Source: Jiangellaceae bacterium (GTDB lineage Bacteria; Actinomycetota; Actinomycetes; Jiangellales; Jiangellaceae). From it: 40,830 bases of DNA. The stretch covers positions 1 through 40,830 of the forward strand of contig JBOGDU010000115.1 in assembly GCA_050743145.1 (NCBI GenBank), in the 5' to 3' direction. The notes beneath the pieces were generated by a model, which was not told the origin of the DNA, did not search any database, and saw nothing but the letters and a program-made list of their open reading frames with translations. A program made the position numbers and the translations under genes. Below, in pieces: positions 7,466-16,243 of this stretch (positions within the stretch are counted from its first letter, which is position 1; the number at the start of each line of letters is the position of its first letter).

Positions 7466-9600
7466 GCACTGCCGACCTGAACGACGATCTGGAGCTCGCG
7501 GCGATCTGGATCGCGCTTCACGACGCCACTGAGAGCCGGCGCTTCTACGCCGCTCGGATACTCGCTCGCCATGATGTGAAGTCGCACGTTCGTGACGTCC
7601 AGCGTCTCGTTGATCAGGAACCGTCCGGGAGAGTGCGGTTCTGGCTGTCGGTCGCGCTGGCCAAGGCTGGGTTCTGGTCGGAACTGACGTGGGCGAACTG
7701 GGACCGGATCGACCTCGGCGATCCGGCCACGCTCGCCGGCGACATTCGGGCATGCGGCCCGTTTCCACCCGGCGCGATGGAGGCGATCCGGGACACTGCC
7801 GAGAGGTCGTGGGTCTTCGCCGCCTTCCTTCGCAGTGTGGATGCCCACATCCCAGCGGGTGACACGGCAGCCACGCCGGATGACGGCGACGACACTCCGG
7901 ACTTCGAGCCGACGGGGTCGGCACCGAGGGGCGTCGGATCCAGCGGGGAGACCGAGCTCCCGGACTTCGGAGCCGAGGCGGCCGTCGACGAACCGCCTGA
8001 GCCGGAAACCGCGACCCGCCAGGCGTACCCACGGGTCGACGCGCCGGACGTCGTCGTCGTGGACCACCCGTTCGACGTCATCGTCGGCGTCGCACCGCGT
8101 CGCGACCGGACGCTCGTCGGCACGGGTGGCTTCGACCTCACCGGCGACGAGGTGCGGCTCGAGGTTCTGCTGACTTACGACCCGCAGTCCTTACGCCTCG
8201 ACGGAGACTCCAGGCTCTCGCTGCCGGTCACGCGCGACGATCCCTATCCGTCGGCGACCGTGCGGTTCACCGCCCTCGACGGCGACGACCTCGGGAACGA
8301 ACGTCGCATCGGCGTGCACTACCTGCTCGATGGCGTGGTACGCGCGATTGCGTGGCGGGTCGTCGTAGCGGTCCTGACTCCGGACGAGGTGGCGGGCGCG
8401 CCGAAGCCGCAGACCCGCGAGCGCGAGCTGCTCGACCTGACTTCGCTGGTCGCGGAGGATGCTCCGGACCTCGTGCTCGCCGTGTTCCGGGCCGACTCGG
8501 CGGCGCCGGGCCACTACGTGTGGGCCGCGTATCCCTCGGCGGCCGGTGTCACCGTTCCCGACTCGAAGCGGGCACGGAGTCTCGGCGACCCGCGGAGCTA
8601 CACGACCGACATCGGGCGCGAGGTCGCGATGTCCAACGACCGCTACGCGCTGTATGCCTTCCTCGTCGGAACCGGTCGCACGATCGGCGATGCGGTACCA
8701 CCTGCCATTCAGGCAGCCATCCGCGAGGTCGCACAGCGGCCCGATCCGGCAGAGGCCGCTTCGGTATTGCTGCTCACCGAGGAGCCGTACGTGCCGTGGG
8801 AGCTGGCGGCGTTCACCCCGCCGCTGGCGACGCGGTTCGGCGGCGCGTCTCCGTTCCTCGGCGCGCATGTGGCGCTCGGTCGTTGGCCGCTCACCGAGAG
8901 CCGGCCGAGGCCCGTCCCACGACGGAGCGTCGAGGTGGTGGACCGTGCCGTGCTCACTGCGACGTACGTCGGGGTCACGGGCTGGCCGCAACTGCCGTTC
9001 GCCGAGGCCGAAGCTGCCGCGCTCGCGGAACGCTACCCGCGGACGGCTGTGGTCGAACCCGTCTTCCGTGATGTCCTCGACTGCCTGGGCGGGCAGCCCG
9101 CGACGGACGTGCTGCACGTCGCGCTGCACGGGCGGTTCGACCCGCAGGGCGTCGACCAGGGCCTGGTACTCCTCGCGCCGAAGGCGAACGGCGGCTTCGG
9201 GCCGCAGTACCTCAAGCCGCAGCACGTCGACGCCGTCACGATGCCGCGGCCGACGTTCCTGTTCCTCAACGCCTGCCAGGTCGGGCAGGGCCAGGTGACC
9301 CTCGGCGACTACGCGGGGCTGGCCGCTGCCCTTCTCAGGGCGGGCGCGTCCGGTGTCGTTGCCGCGCTGTGGAACGTCGAGGACGAAGTCGCGAGCCGGG
9401 TCGCGGACGAGTTCTACGCCGCGGTGTACCGCGGCGACGACGCTCCGTCGGTGGCCGAAACGCTCCGACGGATTCGCGCGAACTACACGGCCGACAACGT
9501 CGACACCGGGACGAGCGACAGTGCCACATTCGTGGCCTACCAGCTGTTCGGTCATCCGCGGTTACGGCTGTTATCAGGACAGGGAGACGACGGTGGCTGA
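7462..9600 (+). CDS. CHAT-domain (caspase-fold) protease with an N-terminal HEAT-like region, an acidic Pro-rich linker and a beta-rich middle domain
   Basis: The C-terminal dyad is VLHVALHGRF (His) and TFLFLNACQVGQG (Cys). The N-terminus has ARILARHDV..VRFWLSVALAKAG repeats. No TM segment or signal peptide. RBS GAAGGAA precedes the start. Confidence 0.8.
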   Translation: MSTADLNDDLELAAIWIALHDATESRRFYAARILARHDVKSHVRDVQRLVDQEPSGRVRFWLSVALAKAGFWSELTWANWDRIDLGDPATLAGDIRACGPFPPGAMEAIRDTAERSWVFAAFLRSVDAHIPAGDTAATPDDGDDTPDFEPTGSAPRGVGSSGETELPDFGAEAAVDEPPEPETATRQAYPRVDAPDVVVVDHPFDVIVGVAPRRDRTLVGTGGFDLTGDEVRLEVLLTYDPQSLRLDGDSRLSLPVTRDDPYPSATVRFTALDGDDLGNERRIGVHYLLDGVVRAIAWRVVVAVLTPDEVAGAPKPQTRERELLDLTSLVAEDAPDLVLAVFRADSAAPGHYVWAAYPSAAGVTVPDSKRARSLGDPRSYTTDIGREVAMSNDRYALYAFLVGTGRTIGDAVPPAIQAAIREVAQRPDPAEAASVLLLTEEPYVPWELAAFTPPLATRFGGASPFLGAHVALGRWPLTESRPRPVPRRSVEVVDRAVLTATYVGVTGWPQLPFAEAEAAALAERYPRTAVVEPVFRDVLDCLGGQPATDVLHVALHGRFDPQGVDQGLVLLAPKANGGFGPQYLKPQHVDAVTMPRPTFLFLNACQVGQGQVTLGDYAGLAAALLRAGASGVVAALWNVEDEVASRVADEFYAAVYRGDDAPSVAETLRRIRANYTADNVDTGTSDSATFVAYQLFGHPRLRLLSGQGDDGG

Positions 9601-11083
9601 GCAACTCGACCCCACAGGTGTCGCAGTCTCGATCGGGAGCGTCACGCTGCGCACACCGGGTCTCACCGGAACAGCGGAAGTCCATCACGCCGGCAGTTCC
9701 GGCATGCGTGCTGCTGAGGACGCGACAGCGGAGTTTCTCGAGTGCCTCGAGCGTGCCGGCGTCGAGGAGCAGTTGACAATCGAGATCCGGGACCCCTGGC
9801 AGACCGATGACGACGGAACCGGCAGCAGGGCGGCTGGTGGTGACGGCGACATCGAAGCGGAGGTGCCCGGACCGGGCACCGGCCTGGGGCAGTTCCTGAT
9901 CTTTACCGCGGAGGACGGGACCGTGAGCTGGCACCTGCCGGTGGACGTACCGCGGGACCCGCCGTCAGTGGCCTCCCGTGGTGATGACAGCCGGGTCTAC
10001 CGGGTACCGCGTGCGGTGACGCCGACGGTTCAGCCCGACGGAGCCGGGCAGCGCGGCCTGTTCGGCATCGTCGGGTCGAAACTCCTCAAGGTGCTGGTCT
10101 TTCCCCTCGTGGACCCGGTACTGGGCAAGGTCGGCGACTACTTCGCCTCCCGTTGGGAGCAGCGTCACCGGCAAAACGCGCTGCGGACGTTCCAGCCCGA
10201 GACCTACCGGCAGGCGGCGGGCGACCCGCTGCCTGACTGGTCCGTGCTGGCCGCCGGTCCGGCGCTGCTGTTCGTCCACGGGACGATGAGCCGATCGCAC
10301 ACCGGCTTCCGCCGGATCCCCGAGTCGTTGATCGGGGAGCTTCATTCCCGCTACGAGGGCAGGGTCCTCGCCTTCGACCACTTCACGATCTCGGTCGACC
10401 CCACGGAGAACGTGCGGTGGCTGGCGAAGCAGCTGCCCGACGGCCTCGGCATGACCGTCGACGTGATCGCACATTCCCGCGGCGGCCTGGTCGGCCGGGT
10501 CATGGCCGAGCGCGGCGAGGAACTCGGCCTCGGTGGCATCGTCGACGTACGCAACCTGATCATGGTGGGCACACCGAACGCGGGAACCGTCCTGGCCGAC
10601 CCCGAACACCTCGGCACACTGCTGGACCGGGTGACGAACCTGGTCCAGTTGGTGCCGGACAATCCGGTGACCGACACCGTCGATGTCGTCCTCGCCGTCC
10701 TGAAGCAACTCGCCGTGGGCGCGTTCGGAGGGCTCGGCGGCCTGGTCTCCATGAACCCGAACGGCAGCTATCTGCGGGAGTTCCTCAACCGGCCCGCCAC
10801 GACGGCGAGCACGTACCGAGCCGTCGCCTCGGACTTCGAGCCGGCTCAGGGGTCGCCGCTCGCCCGGACGGCTCGCGACGCGATCATCGACGTCGTGTTC
10901 GGCAGCATCGAGAACGACCTGATCGTGCCGACCGAAGGCGTCCACCACGTCAAGGGTCTCGACGGCTTCGCCCCGGCCGATCCGTTGGTCTTCCCGGCGA
11001 CCGCGGCTGTCGACCACAGCAGTTTCTGGGTCCAGGACGCCTTCGCCCAGAAGGTCCTCCAGTGGCTGCCGTCTCCGGATTGA
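9593..11083 (+). CDS. Alpha/beta-hydrolase (lipase/esterase-like) with a ~190-aa N-terminal domain of unknown function
   Basis: GTG 9593 follows GGGAG (9582-9586) and overlaps the CHAT stop by 8 nt. Motifs are LLFVHGTMS (oxyanion HG), VIAHSRGG (nucleophile elbow), ENDLIVP (Asp) and AVDHSSFW (His). Confidence 0.7.
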   Translation: MAEQLDPTGVAVSIGSVTLRTPGLTGTAEVHHAGSSGMRAAEDATAEFLECLERAGVEEQLTIEIRDPWQTDDDGTGSRAAGGDGDIEAEVPGPGTGLGQFLIFTAEDGTVSWHLPVDVPRDPPSVASRGDDSRVYRVPRAVTPTVQPDGAGQRGLFGIVGSKLLKVLVFPLVDPVLGKVGDYFASRWEQRHRQNALRTFQPETYRQAAGDPLPDWSVLAAGPALLFVHGTMSRSHTGFRRIPESLIGELHSRYEGRVLAFDHFTISVDPTENVRWLAKQLPDGLGMTVDVIAHSRGGLVGRVMAERGEELGLGGIVDVRNLIMVGTPNAGTVLADPEHLGTLLDRVTNLVQLVPDNPVTDTVDVVLAVLKQLAVGAFGGLGGLVSMNPNGSYLREFLNRPATTASTYRAVASDFEPAQGSPLARTARDAIIDVVFGSIENDLIVPTEGVHHVKGLDGFAPADPLVFPATAAVDHSSFWVQDAFAQKVLQWLPSPD

Positions 11084-11223
11084 GTCGCTCACGCTCCGCG
11101 CTTAGTCCCGACCGGCCTGCCGACGACTGGCTGGGTCTCGCATGATCGCCCCGTCCTCACCTTGACGGCGGCACTCTGCCCGGCCACGGTCGTCGGTAAG
11201 TCGACCGGTCCGGGAGGGCGGGA

Positions 11224-11868
11224 ATGTCCGAGCGAACCGTCACCATCGACATCGATGGCGGCGACGCGATACACGGGGACCTGACGGTTCCCGAGCACGC
11301 TGCCGGGGTCGTGCTGTTCGCCCACGGAAGCGGCAGCAGTCGGCACAGTCCGCGGAACCGAAGCGTCGCGCGCGAACTCCAGCAGCGTGGGCTGGCGACC
11401 ATGCTGGCCGACCTGCTCACCGAGGCCGAAGAGGGCGAGGACGCCCGGACCGGGCGCCTTCGCTTCGACATCGACCTACTGGCCGAGCGGCTCCTGCTCG
11501 CGACCCGGTGGCTGGCGCAGGAGCCGTCGGCGGCGCATCTGCCGCTCGGCTACTTCGGCGCCAGCACCGGTGCGGCAGCGGCCCTGGTCGCCGCCGCGCG
11601 TGTAGGCAACCAGGTCGCGGCTGTGGTGTCCCGCGGCGGTCGGCCGGACCTGGCCGGTGCGGCGTTGACCGAGGTGCGGGCTCCGACCCTGCTCGTGGTC
11701 GGTGGCCGGGATGATGTCGTTCTCCGGCTCAACCGGGTGGCGCTCGGCGAGTTGGGCGGCGTCCGCGACCTGGTGGTCGTCGACGGAGCGACCCACCTGT
11801 TCGAGGAGCCCGGAGCTCTCGACGAGGTCGCCCGCCTCGCCGGTGAGTGGTTCGTCACCCACCTGTAG
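11224..11868 (+). CDS. Dienelactone-hydrolase-like alpha/beta hydrolase
   Basis: VVLFAHGSGSSRHSPRN, YFGASTGAAAAL (GxSxG), VVGGRDDVV and GATHLFEEPG. Confidence 0.7.
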   Translation: MSERTVTIDIDGGDAIHGDLTVPEHAAGVVLFAHGSGSSRHSPRNRSVARELQQRGLATMLADLLTEAEEGEDARTGRLRFDIDLLAERLLLATRWLAQEPSAAHLPLGYFGASTGAAAALVAAARVGNQVAAVVSRGGRPDLAGAALTEVRAPTLLVVGGRDDVVLRLNRVALGELGGVRDLVVVDGATHLFEEPGALDEVARLAGEWFVTHL

Positions 11869-12304
11869 TCGGCACCGGTCGGGTTCGCGTTGTCGCCTGG
11901 GCGGCCGCCAGCCGGGCGAGTGCGAGGGCAGCGATCAGCAGGCCGAAGTCACGCAGGGCGACGTCGTAGAAGTCACCCAGGATGAGCAGGTTGACGATGA
12001 TCCCGGCGAGCCAGGCGGCGACCAGGTAGCCACCCCACAGCGGACGGACGGCGACGACGAGCCCGGCGACGATCTCGATGACGCCGACCGCGTACATGAA
12101 CTGCTGGGCGGTGCCGGGCGTGATGTCGGCGACGAATGGTGCGAGGTACTGCGGCCAGTCGGTCATCAGGTTGAAGAACTTGTCCAGCCCGAACAGGATC
12201 GGAGCCACTGTGAACCCGGTTCGGAGCAGGGCGAACGCCTGCTGGACCGGATCAGCGCTCAGGGTTCGCCCGGTCGTGTGGGCGGATGGTGTGGTGCCGG
12301 TCAT
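11855..12304 (-). CDS. DoxX-family integral membrane protein
   Basis: About four hydrophobic segments (FTVAPILFGLDKF.., AVGVIEIVAGLVVAV.., YLVAAWLAGIIVNLL.., FGLLIAALALARL). RBS GGAAGGGAGA lies upstream. Confidence 0.65.
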   Translation of the reverse strand: MTGTTPSAHTTGRTLSADPVQQAFALLRTGFTVAPILFGLDKFFNLMTDWPQYLAPFVADITPGTAQQFMYAVGVIEIVAGLVVAVRPLWGGYLVAAWLAGIIVNLLILGDFYDVALRDFGLLIAALALARLAAAQATTRTRPVPTTGG

Positions 12305-12347
12305 GGTGTCTCCCTTCCTACGGCCGCCGGGGGTGGCGGCGGGATGG

Positions 12348-13592
12348 TCAGTGGTCGACGTGGTCGACGAGGTCGAGGAGCGGCGTGTCGGGATCGGCGA
12401 GTCGCGCGACGTCGACCTGGGCGCCGGAGCGGGTCAGCGCCTCGATGTGGTCGATGACGTCCCAGACGTTGACGCTCATGCCGGCCAGCACGCGCCGGTC
12501 ACGCAGCCAGAACGCGACGAACTCGCGCCGAGCGGTGTCGCCGCGAACGACGATCTGGTCGTATCCGCCGGGTTCGGCGTAGCCGGTGTACTCCATGCCC
12601 AGGTCGTACTGGTCGGTGTAGAAGTACGGAGTGCGGTCGTACGTGGCGCGGTCGCCGAGCATTCCGGCGGCGGCCACGGCGGGCTGGTGCAACGCGTTGG
12701 CCCAGTGCTCCACGCGGAGGCGCCGGCCGAGGCGCGGGTGGAAGGCATTGGCGACGTCGCCGGCCGCGTAGATGTCCGGGTCGCTGGTCCGCAGGTGCTC
12801 GTCGACGAGGATCCCGTTGTCCACGTCGAGCCCGGCGGCCTCGGCCAACTCGGTGACCGGGGTGATACCGACGCCCGCGATGACGGCGTCGGCGGGCAGC
12901 CTGGCACCGTCTTTCAGCACCACGGCGCCCACCCTGCCGTCGTGGCCGGTGATCTCCGCGACGGCAACACCAGGGCGAAGATCGACATCGTGGTCGCGGT
13001 GCAGGTCGGCGAACACCTGCGCCATCTCGGGGCCGAGTACCCGAAGCAGGGGCAGCTCGGATCGCTCCAGGACGGTGACCTCGGCACCGGCCGCGCGGGC
13101 GGCGGCAGCGGTCTCCAGTCCGATCCAGCCGGCGCCGACGACGACCAGGCGGGTACCTTCGTGCAACGTCTGCCGGATCCGGTCGCTGTCCGCAAGCCGG
13201 CGCAGGTAGAGCACTCCGTCGAGGTCGGCGCCGGGAACCGGGAGTGGTCGGGGTGTGGAGCCGGTGGCGATCAGCAACTTCGCATAGTCGAGAGGCTCGC
13301 CGTCGTCCAGGACGACCCGGTGCGAACCGGGATCGACGGCGGTCACGGTGGTTCCCAGCCGCAGCTCGACGTCGTGCTCGTCGTACCAGGACGGCTGGTG
13401 GACGTAGACCGTGTCACGATCGGCCTTGCCGGTCAGGTAGTCCTTCGACAGCGGCGGGCGCTCGTAGGGGCGCTCGGTCTCGTCGCCGACCAGGACGATG
13501 GGCCCGTCGTGGCCACGGTCGCGCAGCGCCTCGGCGGTCTTTGCGCCGGCGAGGCTGGCGCCGACGATGACGAATGGTGCCGTGGTGGGCAT
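12348..13592 (-). CDS. FAD-dependent pyridine nucleotide-disulfide oxidoreductase (ferredoxin/rubredoxin reductase-like)
   Basis: FVIVGASLAGAKTAEAL and LVVVGAGWIGLETAAAAR dinucleotide folds, plus AAGDVA. ATG 13592 is preceded by GAAGGGGTGAG. Confidence 0.8.
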   Translation of the reverse strand: MPTTAPFVIVGASLAGAKTAEALRDRGHDGPIVLVGDETERPYERPPLSKDYLTGKADRDTVYVHQPSWYDEHDVELRLGTTVTAVDPGSHRVVLDDGEPLDYAKLLIATGSTPRPLPVPGADLDGVLYLRRLADSDRIRQTLHEGTRLVVVGAGWIGLETAAAARAAGAEVTVLERSELPLLRVLGPEMAQVFADLHRDHDVDLRPGVAVAEITGHDGRVGAVVLKDGARLPADAVIAGVGITPVTELAEAAGLDVDNGILVDEHLRTSDPDIYAAGDVANAFHPRLGRRLRVEHWANALHQPAVAAAGMLGDRATYDRTPYFYTDQYDLGMEYTGYAEPGGYDQIVVRGDTARREFVAFWLRDRRVLAGMSVNVWDVIDHIEALTRSGAQVDVARLADPDTPLLDLVDHVDH

Positions 13593-13600
13593 GGGTTGGC

Positions 13601-14743
13601 TCACCCCTTCCGCGTGGTGGAGGCATGGTGGGCGGTGGCCCGGAACCGGTCGATCTTGTCTGCGACCTGACCGCTGAGCCGGTCCCAACTGGCCTCGAAT
13701 GCGGTCACCCCGTCGTCCTCGAGTTGCTGGACGATCTCGGCGTACCGAATTCCGAGTCCGGCCAGGGCGCTCAGCACCTCACGGGCCTGCTCGGCACGAC
13801 CGTGGACGGTGTCGCCGGTGATCCGGCCATGGTGGGCGACCGCGCGCAGCGTGGCCTCCGGCATCGTGGCGATGGTGTCGGCTGTGACCAGTCCGGTGAC
13901 GTAGCGGGTGTCGTCGTAGGCCGGGTCCTTTACTCCGGTGCTGGCCCACAGCAGCCGCTGCGGCCGGGCGCCGGCGGCAGCCAGCGCCACCCAGCGTTCG
14001 GATGCAAATACGCGCCGATGGCGCTCCGCGGCCAGGTGGGCGTTCGCGAGGGCAGCCTTGCCACGAAGGCGCTGAGCATCCGCCGTCGCGAGTCCGTCCA
14101 GCAGGGTGTCGACGGCGGTGTCGAGCCGGCTGACGAACAACGACGCCACCGAGGCGATCCGGGACAGGTCGTGCCCGGCTCGCTGCGCGGCCTCCATCCC
14201 GCCCAGGAAGGCCTCGAGCACCTGGTCGTAGCGGTCGAGTCCGAACAGCAGGGTGACGTTGATGTTGACCCCGTCGCCGAGGCAGGTCGCGATGGCCGGC
14301 AGGCCTGCGGGCGTGGCCGGAATCTTGACGAACAAGTTCGGCCGGTCGACCTGCTGCCACAGGATGCGGGCCTCGGCAAGGGTGCGGTCGGTGTCGTGGG
14401 CGAGGCGGGGATCGACCTCGATGGACACGTACCCGTCGCGGCCACCGCTGTCGTCGTACACGGGCCTCAGCACGTCGGCAGCCCCACGAACGTCATCCGT
14501 GGTGAGCTGGCGCAGGGCATCGTCGACCGTGACAGGTTGCGCGGCCAGCTCGCGCAGTTGCCCGTCGTAGAGGTCGCCGCCCGCGACGGCGGCAGCGAAG
14601 ATGGTCGGGTTGGTCGTCACCCCTGTCACGTGGCACTCGGCGACCAACCGGGCCAGCTCGCCGCCTTCCAGCCGGGCCCGGCTGAGGTCGTCCAGCCAGA
14701 TCGACACGCCCGCTGCGGTGAGGGCGTCCAGCGGGCTGGTCAC
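13601..14743 (-). CDS. tal: Transaldolase (long actinobacterial type)
   Basis: GVSIWLDDLSR, GVTTNPTIF, VSIEVDPRLAHDT and NLFVKIPAT (Schiff-base Lys), collinear with mycobacterial Tal. The GTG start 14743 overlaps the folE stop (GTGA). Confidence 0.9.
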   Translation of the reverse strand: MTSPLDALTAAGVSIWLDDLSRARLEGGELARLVAECHVTGVTTNPTIFAAAVAGGDLYDGQLRELAAQPVTVDDALRQLTTDDVRGAADVLRPVYDDSGGRDGYVSIEVDPRLAHDTDRTLAEARILWQQVDRPNLFVKIPATPAGLPAIATCLGDGVNINVTLLFGLDRYDQVLEAFLGGMEAAQRAGHDLSRIASVASLFVSRLDTAVDTLLDGLATADAQRLRGKAALANAHLAAERHRRVFASERWVALAAAGARPQRLLWASTGVKDPAYDDTRYVTGLVTADTIATMPEATLRAVAHHGRITGDTVHGRAEQAREVLSALAGLGIRYAEIVQQLEDDGVTAFEASWDRLSGQVADKIDRFRATAHHASTTRKG

Positions 14744-15456
14744 CGGACGCTCCCGTCGGGTACGGCCAGCGCGAGGAACTCGCTGCGGGACCGGGCGTCG
14801 TCGCGCAGCAACCCGTGCAAGGTCGACGTGACCGTGGTCGACGCCGCGGCGCGGACGCCGCGCAGCGTCATGCACATGTGCTCGGCCTCGACAACCACCC
14901 CGACCCCGCGCGGTGTCAGGTGGGTCTGCAACCAGTCGGCAACCTGCTTGGTCAGCCGCTCCTGTACCTGCGGGCGTCGGGCGAACAGCTCGACGACGCG
15001 GGCGAGCTTGGAAAGGCCCAGGATCCGCGCGCCAGGCAGGTACCCGACGTGAGCGGTGCCGACGAAGGGCAGCAGGTGGTGCTCACAGACCGACTGCACC
15101 GGAATGGACCTGGCCAGTACCAGCTCGTCGTAGCCCTCGTCGTTGGGGAACGTCGTCAGCCTGAACGGGCGCGGCGCCAGCATCTCTGCATACGCAGCCG
15201 CCATCCGCCTTGGAGTTTCAGCGAGGCCGCCCGCCTTCAGGTCCAGGCCCATAGCGCCCAGAAACCGCGCGGCCGCGTCGGCTGCGGTCTCCAGGTCGAC
15301 CGGGGCCGAGTCCGGCACCACGCGCAACACGGGGCGAGACGGCCGCCAGGCGGGCTCCGAACCGATCGCCTCGATCGGGAAGGCAATGGCCTCCGATTCC
15401 ACTCCCAGACCACTCACCGCCGGTGCCGCCTCTCTTCGACTATTTTCACTAATCAT
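14740..15456 (-). CDS. folE: GTP cyclohydrolase I (type IA), possibly with an N-terminal extension
   Basis: SVCEHHLLPF and EAEHMCMTLRGV zinc/active-site motifs. The start is uncertain. ATG 15456 abuts the AT-rich divergent promoter region; GTG/TTG codons near 15330 would give a more typical length. Confidence 0.85.
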   Translation of the reverse strand: MISENSRREAAPAVSGLGVESEAIAFPIEAIGSEPAWRPSRPVLRVVPDSAPVDLETAADAAARFLGAMGLDLKAGGLAETPRRMAAAYAEMLAPRPFRLTTFPNDEGYDELVLARSIPVQSVCEHHLLPFVGTAHVGYLPGARILGLSKLARVVELFARRPQVQERLTKQVADWLQTHLTPRGVGVVVEAEHMCMTLRGVRAAASTTVTSTLHGLLRDDARSRSEFLALAVPDGSVR

Positions 15457-15537
15457 CCTTAGTCTAAATTGTGTCAGTCTGTCAAGACCGGGCTGCCGTC
15501 CACTTTTGGAGTACGTGTATTGGTGTAACCTGGTGGC

Positions 15538-16230
15538 ATGAGCGATTCTCAGCCGGTGGCCGCAGTGGCGGTGCTCGCGGATGACTCGCGCCGGATCATG
15601 TACGACTACATCCGCCGACAGGCCCAGCCGGTGACGCGCGACGAGGCCGCGGCGCAGGCGGGGATCTCCCGCAAGCTGGCCGCTTTCCACCTGGAGAAGC
15701 TGGTCGAGGCAGGCCTACTGCAAAGCGACCAGCAGGCACCGCCAACGGGAGCGCGCCGAGGCCCGGGCCGGGTGCCGAAGGTCTATCGGCCCACCGACAC
15801 GGAGCTGAGCGTCTCCATCCCCGAGCGGCGGCTCGACCTGCTCGGCGAGGTCCTCGTCGACGCCCTGGCCACGGAGGCGGCGTCGGGTACCGCCCGGGAG
15901 GCCGCGCTGCTCGGTGCCCGGCAGCGCGGCATCGAGCTCGGCACCGCCGAACGCACCGAGCGCCGCCTGAACCGCACCGGTGCCGAACGCGCCGTTCACC
16001 TGGCCTGTGGCGTGCTCGAGCGCGTCGGCTACGAGCCTTACCGTGACGACGACCGGTCCGTCCACATGCGCAACTGCCCTTTTCATCCCCTCGCCGCCCG
16101 CCAGCGCGAGCTCGTGTGCGGGATGAACCGCGAGCTGATCGACGGGCTGCTTCGCGGCCTCGGCAACAGCTCGGTCGACGCGACACTCGCTCCCCGACCG
16201 GGTGAGTGCTGCGTGGAACTGCGTCAATGA
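15538..16230 (+). CDS. Winged-helix (ArsR/TrmB-like) transcriptional regulator with a Cys/His-containing C-terminal domain
   Basis: LADDSRRIMYDYIRRQ..VTRDEAAAQAGISRKLAAFHLEKLVEAGLL wHTH, and a C-terminal NCPFHPLA..LVCGMN. Confidence 0.65.
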   Translation: MSDSQPVAAVAVLADDSRRIMYDYIRRQAQPVTRDEAAAQAGISRKLAAFHLEKLVEAGLLQSDQQAPPTGARRGPGRVPKVYRPTDTELSVSIPERRLDLLGEVLVDALATEAASGTAREAALLGARQRGIELGTAERTERRLNRTGAERAVHLACGVLERVGYEPYRDDDRSVHMRNCPFHPLAARQRELVCGMNRELIDGLLRGLGNSSVDATLAPRPGECCVELRQ

Positions 16231-16243
16231 CGGCGCCGTCGCG

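Noticed and set aside
11201-11217. Possible fifth copy of the palindrome (TCGACC-GGTCC-GGGAGG) upstream of the DLH-like gene
   Set aside because: Only 4 of 6 positions match in each half-site, and the right half is simply the gene's Shine-Dalgarno sequence. CCGGTCCGG cores also occur inside coding regions (28247, 33297, 40393), so the core alone is not informative.
8191-15052. Long antisense ORFs: 8191..9555(-), 9965..11092(-), 12078..13670(+), 13574..15052(+). The same applies elsewhere to 18213..19217(-), 24069..25967(-), 26009..27088(-), 33069..34967(-) and 35900..37210(-).
   Set aside because: Each lies opposite a gene with clear family motifs and has the Arg/Gly/Pro/Asp-rich composition of non-coding frames in high-GC genomes. 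None shows recognisable motifs.
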